Source: Cyanophora paradoxa CCMP329 (taxonomy: Eukaryota; Plantae; Glaucophyta). From it: a stretch of 64,000 nt of DNA. Positions within the stretch are counted from its first letter, which is position 1, and each line of letters starts with the position of its first letter. The DNA lies in contig QPMI01000565.1 in assembly GCA_004431415.1 (NCBI GenBank), positions 3,269 to 67,268 of the forward strand, in the 5' to 3' direction. The notes under the pieces are model-generated. The model was given only the letters and a program-made list of their open reading frames with translations, was not told the origin of the DNA and did no database searches. Below are positions 23,820 to 34,092 of the stretch, one piece after another. The position numbers and the translations under genes are program-made.

Positions 23820-25907
23820 CTACATCAGCGCGTGTACAGCTGCAAGGTCGGTGATGGCGCTGTTGAATACGATAATGTCATCGACCCATCCGTTCCACCC
23901 GAACGTGCCCACCTCCGTCTCCGTTTCGCCTGCGCCAACACGGAAGGGGTGCTGGGTGTTGGGAAGGAAGCCGGAGTTGACGGAATAGGCCGTCCCGTTG
24001 CTCGTGAAGATGTGCGTGGTTCCGTTGTAGCTGCCAGCGAACTTATACTTCGTGTTGGCCGAGGAAGCGAAGTTGCCCAGCGTGTTCTGCCCCGGTCCCG
24101 GGGTCACCGTCCAGTGCTGAATCGCACCCGCGCTCGTCCTGTAAAACATGTAGCCGCCGGGGGTACCGCGCGAGGAGAGCGGCGACATGAAGTCCGCGGG
24201 GGATGGCGCCGACGTGAACAGACAGCTGAACGAAACCGTGAAAGGTGAAGTGTTGAACGCGGCCGTGTAGGGCACCTGCAGACTGGTTGTGTTTGCGTAG
24301 TTGAAAACGACCCTGCCCCCCGAGTAGGCCGGCTGCCTTGCCAGCGTGCTGCGGGCCAGGTCCCGCCCGAGGCCGCTCTGATCGTACATCTTCTGCACGG
24401 TGGCCGTGTACCCAGAAATCCAAGTGGCAAACGGCGTCCCGCTTCGATTGTACGCGGTGTTCAGGTTGCCCGCCGCGTCGGCATAAAAGTCGGTAATGGT
24501 ACCATCGCTTCTGCGCAGCTCGAGCGTAGGCCCCACGTACGCCGCCCGGAGCCTGCGGGTCGAATACCCCGCGATCGCCGCATTCTTGGTGGCCGTCGAA
24601 ATGGTCGCTGCATCGAGCATGTAGCTGCCAACCGGCGCTGCAGAGGAGCTGCTAGAGGGAGGGCCCTCCTCGCCAATCTGGTTCACACCCTTCACGGTGT
24701 ACGTGTACGTCGAGCCGAAGTACGTGGCCACGTCCGAGTAGGGGCCCGAGCTCACGTTTGCGTAGAAGACGCCGTCCCTGTAAATGTTGTAGGAGGTCGT
24801 AACGCCAGTGGCTGGCGCCGACCAAGTCAGCACAATGGGCTGCTCGGTGCCCGCCGCAGGGGCCGTGGCCACCAGCCCCGTGGGCGCTGCCGGATCCGTG
24901 GTGACGTAGGCGGCTATACTCTTCGGCCCCTGCCCTCCCGTGTTCGTCGCGGAGACCTGGTACTCGTACCCCGTACCCCAGACCGTGGTCGCGTCGCTGT
25001 ACGAGTTTGTCACAGAGTCTACAAGGTAGGCCCCGTCCCTGTAGATCTTGTACCCCGTGGCCCCCGTGGAAGCGGTCCAGCTGATGCTGACGGGCTGCTG
25101 CTGGTCGTCTGGTGCCGTTGCAATTAAGGCTGTGGGCGCGTTCGGTATCGTCCAGACCAGGAGCGGATCAGACTTATCGTATTCTTCTGTGCCTATAATA
25201 CCGGCCACCTGGTAGGAGTATTCCGTACCCCACGTAAGGGCGGTGCTATCGTCAATGTACGAGGTAGATAGGGCGCTGCTTGCGAATCCGATGGGGGTAC
25301 CGTCCCTGTAAATTCGAATCGAGTCCGCGCCCTCCATGGCCACCCAGTTGATTGTGACGACAATGGCGGGTTTCGGGAAGCCCGCAGAGGCGGGGCCGCC
25401 CCCTGCGATAAAATCGCCGTAGGTCTGGGCCGTGGCAGTCGTGAGCGTGGTGTAGGCTTCGATTGGAGGGTCGAAGCCGCCTACACCTTGGAAGGCAATG
25501 TAATTACTCATGGCACCCTCGTGCGTGTAGAGAAGGGTCTGCGTGTAGGTGGTGGGCGGGGCTCTACCATCCGAGCCGGTGCTGCTGCTGCTCTGTTCGC
25601 GCACGGCCGTCACACGGTAGATTCTGAAATCACCCAAGTTGAAGGGCGAGTCCGTGTACGTGAGCGTGGGAGCGTTGACAGTGACCACCAGCGTCCACGG
25701 CCCGTCAACGTCATCGCCTCTATACACCTTGTACTTTACGGCGTTGGTGACGGCGTTCCAGAACAGCTGAAATCTGTAGGTGCTGTCCCCGTTGCTGAAT
25801 GTGTCGCCTGATCGGATCTGGGGCCTGCCCACAGTCAGCGAGATCGGCTCCACGCCGTACTGCGGGGCCTGCACCACCTGTTTCTTCACGAATACGAAGC
25901 GGGGCAT
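23820..25907 (-). CDS. FN3-repeat protein with C-terminal ConA/LamG-like domain (putative adhesin or spike)
   Basis: About four W...GA..Y.IYRDG...Y.Y.V.A FN3 units; YSTRRLRAAYVGP..LRRSDG; GWVDDIIVFNSA. Confidence 0.8.
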   Translation of the reverse strand: MPRFVFVKKQVVQAPQYGVEPISLTVGRPQIRSGDTFSNGDSTYRFQLFWNAVTNAVKYKVYRGDDVDGPWTLVVTVNAPTLTYTDSPFNLGDFRIYRVTAVREQSSSSTGSDGRAPPTTYTQTLLYTHEGAMSNYIAFQGVGGFDPPIEAYTTLTTATAQTYGDFIAGGGPASAGFPKPAIVVTINWVAMEGADSIRIYRDGTPIGFASSALSTSYIDDSTALTWGTEYSYQVAGIIGTEEYDKSDPLLVWTIPNAPTALIATAPDDQQQPVSISWTASTGATGYKIYRDGAYLVDSVTNSYSDATTVWGTGYEYQVSATNTGGQGPKSIAAYVTTDPAAPTGLVATAPAAGTEQPIVLTWSAPATGVTTSYNIYRDGVFYANVSSGPYSDVATYFGSTYTYTVKGVNQIGEEGPPSSSSSAAPVGSYMLDAATISTATKNAAIAGYSTRRLRAAYVGPTLELRRSDGTITDFYADAAGNLNTAYNRSGTPFATWISGYTATVQKMYDQSGLGRDLARSTLARQPAYSGGRVVFNYANTTSLQVPYTAAFNTSPFTVSFSCLFTSAPSPADFMSPLSSRGTPGGYMFYRTSAGAIQHWTVTPGPGQNTLGNFASSANTKYKFAGSYNGTTHIFTSNGTAYSVNSGFLPNTQHPFRVGAGETETEVGTFGWNGWVDDIIVFNSAITDLAAVHALM

Positions 25908-25946
25908 TTTCCTCTACGATCCGAAAAAATATCTGCCCCGGTGTAA

Positions 25947-26627
25947 ATGACTTCCAACTGGTACCAGACCCTCAAAGGTGATCTGGATGTTGGTACCAAC
26001 GCCAAGGATTTCGCACGCATCTCCTCTGGCAGCTACGTGGACGTCTTCCTGCAGAATCCCGTCGTGATTCAGGCCGTTCAGAACGCCTATGCCACGCCCA
26101 AGATTTACTCCTATCAGCTCTTCTTCGACCCTCTGAGCCTCAGCGCAGAGGTAATCGAGCTGCTGCACGAATCAGGACTCGTGAAAAAGGTGGCACCTGC
26201 CACGGCCACTGCCAACGTCTTGCGCTGTCTCGAGGTCAAGTTCAGGGAGACGGGGTACGGCCCCACCGTGAACCGGTACCCCAGTTCTTCGAATCTTCCG
26301 GGCACGGGAGTCTACCAGATGAGGGGTACGCTCAAGGGCGACGCGCTCTTCACGAAATTCAATCCAAGTCCCGCGACCCTGGGGGCCCTCTACACGGGCG
26401 GCAACCCACGCGGCTCGACTCTACCCCGCTTCCCCTTCACCTTTTTCAGGTTCCAGGTCTTCCCCCTCTCCTACGCCGCCGACCAGCCCCACTTCAGCAC
26501 GGGCGCCAGCCTCTGCGCGGAGCTGCGCGAGTGCTCGATTTCCTACGCGTACGGCACCGACGCGGACTCCGTGCCTGGGATCCGCGTCATGAACATCGGT
26601 GGCGACATCACCCTCTTTCACGGATAA
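25947..26627 (+). CDS. Hypothetical beta-rich protein
   Basis: 226-aa ORF; QNPV, LEVKF, NPR...PR..FT.F motifs shared with next gene. Confidence 0.7.
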   Translation: MTSNWYQTLKGDLDVGTNAKDFARISSGSYVDVFLQNPVVIQAVQNAYATPKIYSYQLFFDPLSLSAEVIELLHESGLVKKVAPATATANVLRCLEVKFRETGYGPTVNRYPSSSNLPGTGVYQMRGTLKGDALFTKFNPSPATLGALYTGGNPRGSTLPRFPFTFFRFQVFPLSYAADQPHFSTGASLCAELRECSISYAYGTDADSVPGIRVMNIGGDITLFHG

Positions 26628-26650
26628 TCTTTCTCATTTGAGGTCGCAAA

Positions 26651-27463
26651 ATGCCGACCACCTCGGCCACCATCGTGAAGACCGTGTCTGCCGGCTCGAT
26701 CGTCCCCGATTTCTACGGCAACGCTGGGAACGTGGCCAACGCAGGGACGGACAAGGTGGAGTGGGACGGAAACTACGCCACCCCGCTCACCGTGAGGGTC
26801 CAGAATCCCGTCATGTTGCGCGTCACCTCCAACGATTTCGAGAATCCCGCCTCGTGCTCCGTGTACGTGTACTTTGACATCGACTCGGGCGTGAGCGCGG
26901 ATGAGGCGGAGGCGCTCTGGCTCTCGGGCCTCCTGAAAAAGATAGAGCCCTCCGTCCCCGACAGGCCCGCGATTCGCGTGCTCGAGCTCAAGTTCACTGC
27001 GAACACCGCCCTCACTCGTAAGTTCACGAATGGTGCGAATCCGAACATCAAAACGCATTTAGATGGCGCCCTCATCGATGCCACACACAAGACCACGCAG
27101 GCCGTTCCCTTTGAGATGTACAACCTCTGGAAGATGACCGCAAAGGAGATGATGACGAATGCCACCACGGGCGGCGCCTCGGGTACCGATTATTCATACG
27201 GCGCCTCGAATCCCCGTACCCAGGTCTGGCCCCGGCTCCTCTTCACGAAATTCACTTTCAAATTGTACAACAACATCGCCGGAATGCCTACCTCTGGAAT
27301 GGTCGTGGGCTCTACCCTCATGGCCGAAGTAATTGAGGCAGAGGCGGACTACACGACTGCGACTACCAACTCGACAGCGCCAGGCGCCGGAGCCGAAGTT
27401 TACGTGGCCTGGGAAACGGTCGGTCGCGAGTACGACACCAAGATTCACACCACTAGCGTCTAG
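26651..27463 (+). CDS. Hypothetical protein, tandem paralog of 25947-26627
   Basis: VQNPVM, SGLLKK, VLELKF, NPRTQVWPRLLFTKFTF align by eye with the previous ORF. Confidence 0.7.
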   Translation: MPTTSATIVKTVSAGSIVPDFYGNAGNVANAGTDKVEWDGNYATPLTVRVQNPVMLRVTSNDFENPASCSVYVYFDIDSGVSADEAEALWLSGLLKKIEPSVPDRPAIRVLELKFTANTALTRKFTNGANPNIKTHLDGALIDATHKTTQAVPFEMYNLWKMTAKEMMTNATTGGASGTDYSYGASNPRTQVWPRLLFTKFTFKLYNNIAGMPTSGMVVGSTLMAEVIEAEADYTTATTNSTAPGAGAEVYVAWETVGREYDTKIHTTSV

Positions 27464-27818
27464 ACTGGCTAAGCTGCATTAGCGCCTGTGCCGCCTCCAT
27501 CATCTCCCGAATCTCCTCGCTCTTCTCCTGTAAATTGGCGTACCCCCTCCTCTTCTTGCGAATATCCGACATTGATGCCCAGCGCAGGTTCTCCCTCCTG
27601 TAGTCCAGCGGGTTGCCGTTGATGTGTTCCACGTAGCGTCCACGTGGCGACTTCCCGAGGATCAGTTGGGAGAGGTAGTGCTTGCGCCCTCCGAATGTCT
27701 TGCTCACCCTGTCCCTGTCCACTCTCCAGGGAAACTCCAAGGCACTCGGGGGTACGTCCGAGTTGACCAGGACGTTGTAGGCGACGTCTTGCGAGTCGGT
27801 GCACCGGAGCAGGGCCAT
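27453..27818 (-). CDS. HNH endonuclease-like protein (possibly inactive)
   Basis: VEHINGNPLDYRRENLRWAS resembles the HNH_3 motif DHINGNxLDNRxxNLR. Confidence 0.7.
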   Translation of the reverse strand: MALLRCTDSQDVAYNVLVNSDVPPSALEFPWRVDRDRVSKTFGGRKHYLSQLILGKSPRGRYVEHINGNPLDYRRENLRWASMSDIRKKRRGYANLQEKSEEIREMMEAAQALMQLSQSRR

Positions 27819-27839
27819 TTTGCCCTAGGTTCAGAAAAA

Positions 27840-27887
27840 CCTGGGACTTGGGACTTGGGACTTGGGACTTGGGACTTGGGAAGAGTT
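27840..27887 (+). repeat. (GGGACTT)5 array with conserved flanks
   Basis: CCT-(GGGACTT)5-GGGAAGAGTT. Confidence 0.95.
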
Positions 27888-28300
27888 GAAACCCAGGTCC
27901 CGGCCCAGACTTTCTCCAGGATCAGAAATTTGTCAGACAAGTCAGGTGAGTTTTTCTACCGACTTTTTTACTCCTACCACCCCTCGTACTCTTTTTTACT
28001 CGTAGTCTTTTTTACTCGTATCCCATCTCGTACCCTCCTTCTCTCGACATCTCGCACGAATACTCCTACCCCTCTTCACATCCTTTTTCGGTTGCATACT
28101 CTCGTGAGCTTTCATGTCCAGTATCATGCTACAAGTCGTACGACAGTTCAGACTCTACCTCGCTTGAAATCTCACCTGGAATGTCACCAGAAACGTCGTA
28201 TCCAGAATTCCGTACCCCTTTCTAAGTCTGCCCGGTGGTTAGGGACTTGGTGCAGCAAACTCTCAGATCCAGAGAAAGTCAGGGCCCAGACCCTGAGTCT

Positions 28301-28355
28301 AACTCTTCCCAAGTCCCAAGTCCCAAGTCCCAAGTCCCAAGTCCCAAGTCCCAGG
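28301..28355 (-). repeat. (GGGACTT)6 array, inverted relative to first
   Basis: AACTCTT-(CCCAAGT)6-CCCAGG on + strand. Confidence 0.95.
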
Positions 28356-28426
28356 ATCGCGCCAAGTCACAACTGAATAGTCGGCCAATTTTTACAAGTA
28401 TGTACAATGGAATGACGCAATACTAT

Positions 28427-29485
28427 TTACAGCATCTCAAAGTCAGAGTCATCGTCATCGGAAACCAAGTCAATCGGGGCCTCGGGCGCCGACTTAAGGG
28501 GAATGCGGGGAAGGGCCTGCGCTGCCTGCACTAAGTCCTGCCGCTCCTGCTCGCGCTGCGCCGCCAAGGCCGCTGCCGCCTCTGCCTCGCGCTGCCGCCG
28601 AGCCTCGATGCGCGCCTTGAGCTCGGCTGCCTCCTTCTGCTTGCGCTCGGCAATCTTGGCCAACGTCATCTCGCGACGAAGAAGGCGCTCGTGACGCAGC
28701 TTGCGCCGGAGTTCGGCCATTTCGCGCTTGGCGATGATGCGCTTCTCAATGGTCTTGACGTGCTGAGTCAGGCGCTTGGTGTAGTGTGACGTCACGCGAG
28801 AACGGGCAATGCCGGCGCCGAGCTTCAAGTCCTTCTCGTGTTCCTTGGTGGGGTTCTTGACGCGCTCGGAGTTGTCGGTGAATGACGTGGTCTCCATGAA
28901 CTTCTTCTTGACGATTGACTTGGTCCTGATAATGCGGCGCTTGCGAGTCGGGTTTTCGTTGTCGCCTTCAGAGTCAGAAGACGACTCAGAGTCGTATGGA
29001 ATCGGCACGTCAAAGTCGATGAAGTCGTTGATGTCAGACTCGGCGTCAGAGGCCTCGGACTTGGCGTCATCGGCGGGCTGAGGGGCGGGCTCGGCGACGG
29101 GCTGAGGGGCAGATGACGACGATGACGGAGGGGGGTAATTCGTGAAGACTTGAGGGGGGTAGGCCCAGGCGAGCGTCTCGGCGGCAGACTCGGCGAAAAG
29201 CTTGGGGTCGCCCCAGCCGTTGGCGGTCTTGACCCAGCCCGGGACGGGGGGCACGTCGACGGGGGGCTCGGGCTTGGGCTCGGGCTTGGGTTGCTTGGAC
29301 TTGGGCAGGAGGGCGGGTACAAAGTTGAGGTTGATGGTGCGGACGTTACCGTCGCTGTAAGCTTGGTAGCAGTACCCCAGATTGCGGGCACGCTTCTCCA
29401 TTTCACGGGTAGGCCAATCGCGGGACTTAGTCCACATCTCGCGGGCCTTGGCAAGGTCCTCAACAAGCTCAGAGGGAAGCGACAT
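28427..29485 (-). CDS. Low-complexity Pro-rich/acidic/basic coiled-coil protein
   Basis: Long ORF with strong GC3 bias; ATG at 29485 directly preceded by a splice-acceptor-like tract. Confidence 0.65.
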   Translation of the reverse strand: MSLPSELVEDLAKAREMWTKSRDWPTREMEKRARNLGYCYQAYSDGNVRTINLNFVPALLPKSKQPKPEPKPEPPVDVPPVPGWVKTANGWGDPKLFAESAAETLAWAYPPQVFTNYPPPSSSSSAPQPVAEPAPQPADDAKSEASDAESDINDFIDFDVPIPYDSESSSDSEGDNENPTRKRRIIRTKSIVKKKFMETTSFTDNSERVKNPTKEHEKDLKLGAGIARSRVTSHYTKRLTQHVKTIEKRIIAKREMAELRRKLRHERLLRREMTLAKIAERKQKEAAELKARIEARRQREAEAAAALAAQREQERQDLVQAAQALPRIPLKSAPEAPIDLVSDDDDSDFEML

Positions 29486-29880
29486 CTGCGCAAAGGGAAA
29501 AGAGATCAGCAAAGGCAAAACGTGAGGTGACTGAGAGAGCGGACTTGTGAAAATTCGGAGAGGCAGGGTTTCCTTGGGCTGAGAGAAGGCGGCGAACCCG
29601 TTTCAAGAGTGAGGCAAAATGGCGGCGGACCGCGGTTTTGTTGCCGATTTTTTTCGCGGTCTAGTTCGCAACGGAAAACGTTGCCAACTGGCCTGAAAAA
29701 AGCCAAATTTAGCGTTGGACCAAAGACAGAAAAAGGAGCCGGCCTGACGGATTCAATGAATTCGCACACACCGAGACAATACGGCTAATGATAGAACTGA
29801 GTGACGGAAATTGCCCGAGTGTGTCCGCCGAAGGTCGAGTCTCGGATGGGGGGTACACCCTCAGGGGGCCCCCTGGCCCC

Positions 29881-30351
29881 TCACCCTGGTAGTACCCTCT
29901 CAAGGGGATTTTCGAAGCCGTACAATTCTTGGTAAGTCTCGTAATCCGGGCTGTACCCCCTCACAATCTGCGGGAGCCCCATTGAAAGCCTCCGTCTATC
30001 CTCTCTCAATTCCCTGCGGAAAAGTCTACGGTCTTCTCGAGCTTCGCGCGTCACGCCAGCTGGGCGTGGTCTATGATTGTTAGGGTTGTCGTAGCCTGGT
30101 CCCACCAGCCTCACGAAATTTTCGCGTATGGCCTCGGGGAGACTCTGGAAACGGTTCGTTGCGTGGAACTCGATCCATTCATTGAATCGACGCGGATATT
30201 GACGGATGACTTCAAGCACGCCCTGTGTGTTGGGCTCTGGTGTTATGTCGGGAATGTCATGTCCTGTGAGGTGCCAACGCCAGAACTCGCGCAGCCTCTC
30301 GAATGCCATATTCAACTCAAAGGGGAAATCGTAATAGAGATTGCCTGACAT
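29881..30351 (-). CDS. Hypothetical protein
   Basis: 156-aa ORF with AAAAATG start context like neighbouring viral genes. Confidence 0.55.
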   Translation of the reverse strand: MSGNLYYDFPFELNMAFERLREFWRWHLTGHDIPDITPEPNTQGVLEVIRQYPRRFNEWIEFHATNRFQSLPEAIRENFVRLVGPGYDNPNNHRPRPAGVTREAREDRRLFRRELREDRRRLSMGLPQIVRGYSPDYETYQELYGFENPLERVLPG

Positions 30352-30401
30352 TTTTCTCCCCGTCCGAAAATTTCCCCGCTTCGAGTCCAGACTCTGATTC
30401 T

Positions 30402-30463
30402 AACTCTTCCCAAGTCCCAAGTCCCAAGTCCCAAGTCCCAAGTCCCAAGTCCCAAGTCCCAGG
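30402..30463 (-). repeat. (GGGACTT)7 array
   Basis: AACTCTT-(CCCAAGT)7-CCCAGG on + strand; upstream flank similar to that of the 28301 array. Confidence 0.95.
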
Positions 30464-30594
30464 TCACATTTTTCTCCCATTTTGACTCGAGATTCTGACC
30501 AAGTCCAAATCCGGGCCCGGGATTCGAACCCTCGTTTTCGATCGATTTCACGCGTGAAAACGGCACTTTTCGGCCTTTTCCGATTTTTCCTTTC

Positions 30595-30705
30595 TCGCGA
30601 TCGCATTAATGTCCCCGATCTCGAAATCGCGATCGAAAAGGGTCGCGATCGGGAGAAAATCGCGATCGCCAGGGTCGCGATCGGCTCGTGATCGCCGCGA
30701 TCGCC
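30595..30705. repeat. Cluster of TCGCGATCG palindromic motifs
   Basis: About six copies within 110 bp near the GC/AT boundary. Confidence 0.75.
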
Positions 30706-30858
30706 AGCCTCGGAGGGGGTACCCCCACAGCTGTTGCGGCGGTTATAAGAACCTCCGCAATCCAAGCGTCACTTCCGAGTCTCGAGCTCTCGGAGTTGAC
30801 TTTTCGCGTTTGGCCCATTGATGGCCCTCCTATATATATTAAGAGAGACAGAGGAAAA

Positions 30859-31113
30859 ATGCCACTCAGTGAAGCCCAGAAGAGAGCTATGAAGAGATAC
30901 CAGCAAACTGAAAAAGGTAAGGCTCAAATAAAAAAGTTTAACGAAAAAATAGCCACACAGCTTAGAGATCTATATAACACTGATGATACTTATAGAGCCA
31001 TGAAAATAGCAAGTTCATGTCAGCGAAAGTATGCAGCCAATGCAGTCTGCTTTGTCAAGTATTTGTATGATGTCCCTTACTCAAATCGAGGGAGAAAATT
31101 GAAACATGTCTAA
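30859..31113 (+). CDS. Small basic hypothetical protein
   Basis: MPLSEAQKRAMKRYQQTEKGK...; ATG follows TATATATA and a purine-rich leader. Confidence 0.65.
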   Translation: MPLSEAQKRAMKRYQQTEKGKAQIKKFNEKIATQLRDLYNTDDTYRAMKIASSCQRKYAANAVCFVKYLYDVPYSNRGRKLKHV

Positions 31114-31323
31114 ATTATTTTTCCCAGCATATTACTAGGCTGGGATATGCTGTTTATTCGCTGAAATACTACTTTATCGTTTTTGTATCTGAACCACTCG
31201 ATATATCATGTGGATAAATTTCGTAGGGATACTTTCTCGATTTCCAACAAAAAATGATTGGGGACCCAAAACTACTTAAAGAAAAATCTTCTATATATAT
31301 AAAAGGGACCCCGATCGCTGAAA

Positions 31324-33650
31324 ATGAACGCCAAACAGACCAAGTTAATTAAATCGCTCGCTAACTGGCTTCGTTCTGATGAGGAACTTGCCAAAAACAT
31401 GATTATCCCAGTGAAACCTGACAGCAAAGACCCAGTTTTCAAGCATAAGGGAGGTGCTTGGTCCTGGGAAAAGTATGAGGAAGCGCTGGCAACTAATCAG
31501 TATGTATCTTGGGGCATTCTGCTCTCAGACAACATGATGGTTATTGACTTTGATGATGAGGAGGACTTTGAGAAATTCCGAGATATGTTTCCTGATGACT
31601 TTGATGCCAATCAACCCATGGCAAAAACTAAAAAAGGCTATCATGTCTACTTTAAACGACCTGAGGAGTTCAATAAACTCAAAATCACCGATAAGGCTCC
31701 AGGCTTTAAAGGCTTTGAAAAGGTTGACCTGAAAACAATCACTGGAACTGGAACTTCTGGATTGATCAATGTTTGTCCTAGTGTGAACAAGACTTGGGTG
31801 ATTGCCCCATGGGATGATACCTGTGATTTCAATGAGCCTACTGATGAGTTCAAAAAGTGGATTATAGACAACTATATCTATAAGAGTGAGTATACTGCTA
31901 ATGCTACCTCACATGATGAATTGGAAAAGAGTATTATGAAAGAGCTGGTGGATATGGGCTTTATGCATCCCAATATAATCTCTAAAACTGAACTGGGCTT
32001 TAACTTTGATGCTGCTAATAAGGGACTCAATTGCCCATGCTGCAATGGGTCACATGAATCGAATAACTGGTATGTTATGAAAGCCAAAGGGGAAGATAAA
32101 AAGTATATTGTGTCCAGCTACAGTGGCAATTGCAAAAAACGATTTATCTTCATTGGAATGCAATCTGATATCTTCAATCTCATTGATAAATCCGCTGGCT
32201 CTGGAGGCGCTCATTATGATGTCAGTCTTGTGTGCAAAGAGGTCCTACAACACACTTGGAGATACTCCAAAAAGTCATGGTTCAAACTCAATACTGATAC
32301 TGGGATTTGGGAGCATGATGACACAAACCAAAAGATTTACCTAGATATTAGTTGCCTTGTTGTCCCTCAATACCTTGGCAGGGCTGTGCATTATAGCCAA
32401 AGAGCTTTGAAGGATGAAGAGAATAGAACAGCTTTCGAAGAGAAATCAAAAACATTAATTTCTATTGCCAAAAATCTTAAACAATCAGGATATCGCAAAT
32501 CCCTTCTGACTGATCTGCTCCCTCTGCTAAATGATGATGAATTCTATGAAAAGATTGATACAGTTCCATATGTAATTGGATTCGATAATGGTGTATTTGA
32601 TCTGACAACTATGACTTTCAGAAAGGGTAAACTGGAAGATATGGTGAGCAAGAGTGTGGGTTATGATTTTACTGAGAATGTAGACCCCAAGAAAGTGGAG
32701 CATCTCAATCAGATTTATAGAGAGATTGTAGATGATCCAGCAGAGCGAAACTATCTTCTGGCATCTATTGCAATTGCTTTGAGTGGATCAACAAAATCAC
32801 AGAAGTTCTACATGTGGACTGGTGCTGGTGCTAATGGTAAATCACTTGTTCAGGAATACTGCAAACAGATATCTGGGGCTTATTACAGCCCTCTCGAAAT
32901 ATCGTATTGGACCAAACCTAAGAAGAACTCATCAGATGCTACCCCTGAACTTGCCAAACTCCTGGGAAAGCGACTTGTATTCAGTAATGAGGCTGAAGAT
33001 GGTGATAAACTGCAAATTTCCAAAATTAAGGAGGTCACAGGTGGAAATGAAATGACTGTGAGAGCCTTGTTCAAAGACCCAGTAATCCTCACTCCAATGT
33101 TCCAGGTTTACATTACAACTAATGACAATTTGACTATAAATAAACCAGACTTTGCAATTCAAAGAAGGCTTTCATACCAGAGATTCAATAATATATTCAG
33201 AGAGAAGCCTGAAGCTGGTCAAAAGAAAGCTGACCCAACTCTGTTCACACTTCTTCACAATGATGATGAGTATAAGATGGCTCACATGAAGATATTACTG
33301 GATATGTGGAAGAACAAAGAAGTTGAAGAGATCTTAAGAAATCCCCTCAATCGATTATTGAGCAGGGAATAAACTTTATAGCTGAAAATGACAAGATTGG
33401 TGAATGGCTTAGGGATAATTTCGAAGTTACCCATAATGCAAACGACTTTGTTTCGAGTGATACCATTTACAAATCATACAGAAGTGTGGATGATAAAGTT
33501 GAATGTGTTTCTGTGATGAAGAGAGTAAGGGAAATCTTCAATGTGAAATCAGAGGTTAAACGAATTCAGGGAACCAGAGCAAGGGGCTACATTGGACTTC
33601 GAAAGATAACAAGGGTTCAAGAAGACAATGGAGAGGATGTTGAATATTAA
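31324..33650 (+). CDS. Bifunctional Prim-Pol plus D5-like SF3 helicase (one indel near 33345)
   Basis: MVIDFD and KTKKGYHVYF (Prim-Pol), CPCC...H zinc motif, IGFDNGVFDL (D5_N), GAGANGKS, FSNE, IQRRL; alternate frame continues ENDKIGEWL... to TAA at 33650. Confidence 0.9.
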
Positions 33651-33710
33651 ACAAAACGATTTATGATTGAAATGTATATTTAATTTTTATAGCCTTACTG
33701 GAAATGGTGT

Positions 33711-33803
33711 TGTTCACAGGTGTCACAGGTCCATCCCATCTAGGGGGCTATAAAAAGAAAAATGACCAGGGGACGATAAAAACCTGTGAACACCTGTGAC
33801 ACC
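33711..33803. repeat. Type-2 iteron inverted repeat (TCACAGGTGTCACAGGT ... ACCTGTGA(A)CACCTGTGACA) after D5 helicase
   Basis: Same motif recurs at 49864-49954 and 50049-50139. Confidence 0.85.
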
Positions 33804-33870
33804 TATCGAAAAAGACCAAAATTTGACAAGAATACTTAAGGCTTACTTGATTGTGTATAGTGAAGACAAA

Positions 33871-34092
33871 ATGGCAAAGACTCTTGATGAGATGACCATG
33901 AGTGAGTTAGATAAATGCATAAAGCATGGAGATATAGGGGCATATATCGAAATGTCACAGAGATTGATAGGTTACAATATGTATGCAGCTAAACCAAAGA
34001 GGAATAGATCAGTAAACATTCACATAACTGTTTCAGTGTCTGAAAATGCAAACAAAAAATTACAAAAGCATATTTACAAAAGTTATCTGTGA
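33871..34092 (+). CDS. Small hypothetical protein
   Basis: 73-aa ORF behind an AAATTTGA...ATACTTAAGG motif. Confidence 0.5.
   Translation: MAKTLDEMTMSELDKCIKHGDIGAYIEMSQRLIGYNMYAAKPKRNRSVNIHITVSVSENANKKLQKHIYKSYL

Larger units (their letters stand above)
18713..30831. mobile_element. GC-rich virus-like element B (partial), related to C through structural genes
   Basis: Sharp GC transitions at both ends; gene-dense; fibre and spike homologs of C genes. No capsid, ATPase or integrase gene in the visible part; right boundary approximate. Confidence 0.65.

Noticed and set aside
27624-28376. 250-aa ORF and similar LGLGTWD/PSPKSQV ORFs near 30300-30765
   Set aside because: These are translations of the heptamer arrays and low-complexity spacer, with no coding signal.
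27840-30463. CRISPR array or true telomere
   Set aside because: The units are 7-bp tandem repeats with no spacers and no cas genes. The arrays are short, internal and not a canonical telomere unit I can confirm.
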